DNA from: Pseudomonadota bacterium
GTDB lineage: Bacteria > Chloroflexota > UBA6077 > JAJPGT01
NCBI GenBank assembly: GCA_021325655.1
Contig: JAJPGT010000020.1
Coordinates: forward strand, 1,590 to 65,589
Direction: 5' to 3'
Length of the DNA: 64,000 nt
This document shows, in pieces, positions 61,422-64,000 of this stretch. The notes beneath the pieces are model-generated. The model was given only the letters and a program-made list of their open reading frames with translations, ran no database searches and was not told the DNA's origin. Every line of letters starts with the position of its first letter. The first letter of the stretch is position 1. A program made the position numbers and the translations under genes.

Positions 61422-61549
61422 CGCTTCTGTTCCTCGAGGCGTGGTTCAGCCTGGCCACTCAAGCGCAGCCGTCGGCGCGCTGCATCGTACCATGCCTCGC
61501 GCCCGGACGCGAGCAGGAGTGGGAGAGGGGAAAGCGGGCGAGCGGGGCG

Positions 61550-61876
61550 CTATTCGGGAACCGAGCGCCAGAGAAGGACGATGGCGATGATGACGCCGAG
61601 GAGCGTTCCGATCATCAGGCCTGGCTGAGCCCAGAGGCGATCGCCGACCACCGCCGTGACCGCGACGATCGCGAGCGCCCGGAACAGGAAGAACAGATAG
61701 CGCCAGCCGGGGTACAGCCGACAGCCGTTGCAGAGGTCGTACAGGCCGCGGAAGACCGTCCCGCGGACCAGCCCGTGATCCGCGCAGAAGGCTTTGCCAC
61801 ACCGCCCGCAGGCGGCCTCCGGCGGGCGGGTACACTGGCGCTGAAAGCAGGTTTTCGGCTGGGCCTGGGCAACCAT
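61550..61876 (-). CDS. Small Cys/His-rich (Zn-finger-like) membrane protein
   Basis: C-x4-C...CGRCGKAFCADH...CNGC followed by two hydrophobic helices. Confidence 0.6.
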   Translation of the reverse strand: MVAQAQPKTCFQRQCTRPPEAACGRCGKAFCADHGLVRGTVFRGLYDLCNGCRLYPGWRYLFFLFRALAIVAVTAVVGDRLWAQPGLMIGTLLGVIIAIVLLWRSVPE

Positions 61877-62235
61877 GCGGGCCTTTTTCTCCCACGAGTT
61901 TCGCGCGCTCGCGCCCTCGCGCCTCCGCCAGAAGCACCCGCTCCCACCCACGCGGCGTCTGGCCCGGCGCGCCCGCGCGAAGTACGCACAGCATAGCCTC
62001 TTGACGTGGTAGCCGCGTGTATGCCACCCTTCGTGAGCGGCGGGCTGCTCGCCGCGTCCGTTCAACCGCTGCTCATGCCAGGCCCTGTGCCCTGAGCACA
62101 CGGTCCAGGCGCACGGTACTCTTGGACGGTTGTGTGTAGTACTTATTTCCCATTGCTCGCCACTTTGTTGCATCCTACAGTGCCGAAGATACGTACTAGA
62201 TCGTGAGACGCGCCGTGACGACTGGAGCACCCACC

Positions 62236-62487
62236 ATGAAGAGCCCCAAGCGCCCCCCCAAACCCGTTCGCTGTGAAGGCTGTGGGATCCTGGTTGGCCC
62301 GGGGTACCTGTCGGAGCAGGGGTGGCCGGCTCCTGATGGCCAGGGGATCATCTGCTGGTCGTGCCGCGACTACCTCTCCAACGCCGCGAAGCGCGGCCGG
62401 GACCCGCTCCAATTGCTCAACGCCTGGCGCCGCGACCTGCGCACAGGCTTCGGGACGACCCCGTTCCTGTACAGCCGGGTCGGCTAA
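62236..62487 (+). CDS. Small CxxC...CxxC zinc-ribbon-like protein
   Basis: GGAG RBS; RCEGCGILVGPGY...ICWSC. Confidence 0.65.
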   Translation: MKSPKRPPKPVRCEGCGILVGPGYLSEQGWPAPDGQGIICWSCRDYLSNAAKRGRDPLQLLNAWRRDLRTGFGTTPFLYSRVG

Positions 62488-62623
62488 GGCACGCACTCCG
62501 GTACCACTGCCGGGGGCTCGCGCCTTCCGGACCGTCCACTCCGCGCCGATTCGTCGCGCGTTACCGCATCACGGTGTCGCGCACTCGGGCCCATTCCGCA
62601 GTAGAATGGCGGCGGGGTAGGCG

Positions 62624-62989
62624 ATGGAGCCCTCTGAGTACTGCCGGCTCGCGCTACGACGCCTCGGCGACTGGGTGCCGGGCGGCGCCGACCACGCGGC
62701 GGTTGCCGTGCTGCTGTCCCACTTCGTCCGGACGCGCCCTTCAGAGCCGTTGTTTCTGGCCAGCCTGCGAGCGCTGGCGCGCGACCCGGACAATGGCAGC
62801 CTCGCCGCGGCGGCCGTCGCCATCGCCGAAGGCTGGCGCGCGGCGAAGCAACGAGCCGCGGCGGAGGCACAGCCCATTACCCGGCGTCCGGAGGACCAGC
62901 CAGCGCCTGAAGCTGGCGGGGTTCCCGCGCAGTGGGAGACGGGCCAGAGCCGGCCGCCGCCGCGCCCGGGCTCCTGGCCGCGGCGCTGA
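62624..62989 (+). CDS. Hypothetical protein
   Basis: ATG preceded by TAGAAT and a GGGG stretch; helical N-terminal ~80 aa and a low-complexity tail. Confidence 0.45.
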   Translation: MEPSEYCRLALRRLGDWVPGGADHAAVAVLLSHFVRTRPSEPLFLASLRALARDPDNGSLAAAAVAIAEGWRAAKQRAAAEAQPITRRPEDQPAPEAGGVPAQWETGQSRPPPRPGSWPRR

Positions 62990-63024
62990 GCCTCGCTGCT
63001 CGGCCCGATCCTGCCGCCGCTCGT

Positions 63025-64000
63025 TCAAACAGGCTGCACCTCAGCCGCGCGGGGGAACACGGCGCTGATCGACTCGTGCGCGTGCAGCCGCCGCACGGTC
63101 TCGGCCAGCAGTGGTGCGACCGATACGGTGCGCAGGGTCGGAAGCTGCTTGTCGGGCGGGACCGACACGGTATCGGTGACAAGGATTTCCCGGATCGCCG
63201 GGTGCCCCAGCCGCTCGCCGATGGTCTCTGCCGGCCCGGCAAACAGGGGATGCGTCGCCACAATCGTGATCTCCGGGCGCGCGCCGGCCGCGAGCAGGGC
63301 GCGCACCGCCTGCGCCAGTGTCCCGCCAGTGGCAATGATGTCGTCAACGATCAGTGGGGCCCGCCCTTCGACCTCCCCGACCACCGCGGCTACATCCACG
63401 GCCGTGGCGCTCGAGCGGCGCTTGTGCAGGAACGCGATGGGTCGATCGCCCAGCAGGTGCGCGAACCGCTCTGCCATCTTCACCCGGCCGACGTCTGGGG
63501 CGACGATGACGCTATTCGGCCGCGGCCGGCCGGACAGCGCCTCCACCAGGAGTGGCACTGCGGTCAGATGATCCATCCCGATGTCGAAGAAGCCCTGAAT
63601 GGCCGGCACGTGCAGGTCGATGGAGACGACGCGATTGGCACCCGCCGTGGTGAGCAGATTCGCCACCAGCTTGGCGGTGATCGGCTCGCGCCCCGTGGTC
63701 TTCTTCTCCTGCCGCGAGTAGCCGTAGTACGGGATGAGGCAGGTAATCCGCCCAGCCGAGGCCCGGCGGAACGCATCGATCATGATGAGCAGCTCCATGA
63801 GATGCTCGTTCACCGGCGGGCTGGTTGACTGCACGATGTAGATGTCCTTGCCGCGGATGCTCTCCTCGATCTGGAAATGCACCTCGGAATCGGGGAACCG
63901 TCGCAGGAGGCGCCCGCCAAGCGGCAGGCCCAGCAGGTCGGCGACACTGGCTGCCAAGGCGGGGTTGGCGCTCCCGCAGTACAGTCCGATGTCCGAGTGG
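63025..64000 (-). CDS. prs: Ribose-phosphate pyrophosphokinase (start lies beyond the window edge)
   Basis: FPDSE, PYYGYSRQEKK..GREPITAKLVA, DLH, APDVG, IVDDIIATGGT; frame stays open to the window end (..IGLYCGSANPALA). Confidence 0.95.
   Translation of the reverse strand, partial: HSDIGLYCGSANPALAASVADLLGLPLGGRLLRRFPDSEVHFQIEESIRGKDIYIVQSTSPPVNEHLMELLIMIDAFRRASAGRITCLIPYYGYSRQEKKTTGREPITAKLVANLLTTAGANRVVSIDLHVPAIQGFFDIGMDHLTAVPLLVEALSGRPRPNSVIVAPDVGRVKMAERFAHLLGDRPIAFLHKRRSSATAVDVAAVVGEVEGRAPLIVDDIIATGGTLAQAVRALLAAGARPEITIVATHPLFAGPAETIGERLGHPAIREILVTDTVSVPPDKQLPTLRTVSVAPLLAETVRRLHAHESISAVFPRAAEVQPV

Overview
This is a very GC-rich bacterial window; the gene content looks Chloroflexota/Actinomycetota-like, but the taxonomy is not certain. 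It has three blocks. (1) 1-9.3 kb is an ABC-transporter-dependent surface glycan locus: wzt/wzm, a Thr-type sulfatase-like protein, a coiled-coil methyltransferase, a GT4, nucleotide-sugar epimerases/reductases and a nucleotidyltransferase. (2) 9.7-43.8 kb is a ~34 kb minus-strand AFP/PVC-like contractile injection system (eCIS) operon. In order it encodes a SARP/BTAD activator, Pvc16/DUF4255, two sheaths, two tubes, a LysM/tube protein, a split VgrG (gpD + gpV), a C-terminally hydrophobic protein where PAAR would be expected, gp25, baseplate J, a tail-I protein, two unknown structural proteins, a tape-measure-like protein, an AAA+ ATPase and two DUF4157 cargo proteins. It ends in a translationally coupled cassette of four GT2 glycosyltransferase domains plus a methyltransferase. 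(3) 44-64 kb holds ordinary metabolic/housekeeping genes: OYE-type flavoenzyme, nucleoside phosphorylase, P450 + ferredoxin, FIST, PAC2, RecD2, S51 peptidase, GT-C, an acyl-CoA dehydrogenase/CoA-transferase/MaoC trio, a CoxL-like Mo-protein and prs. The leading hypothesis is a self-glycosylating injection system. Its structural subunits carry recurrent Gly-Ser-Pro motifs, and it appears driven by a SARP promoter with visible 11-bp-period direct repeats. All product calls come from motif recognition by eye; no database search was run.
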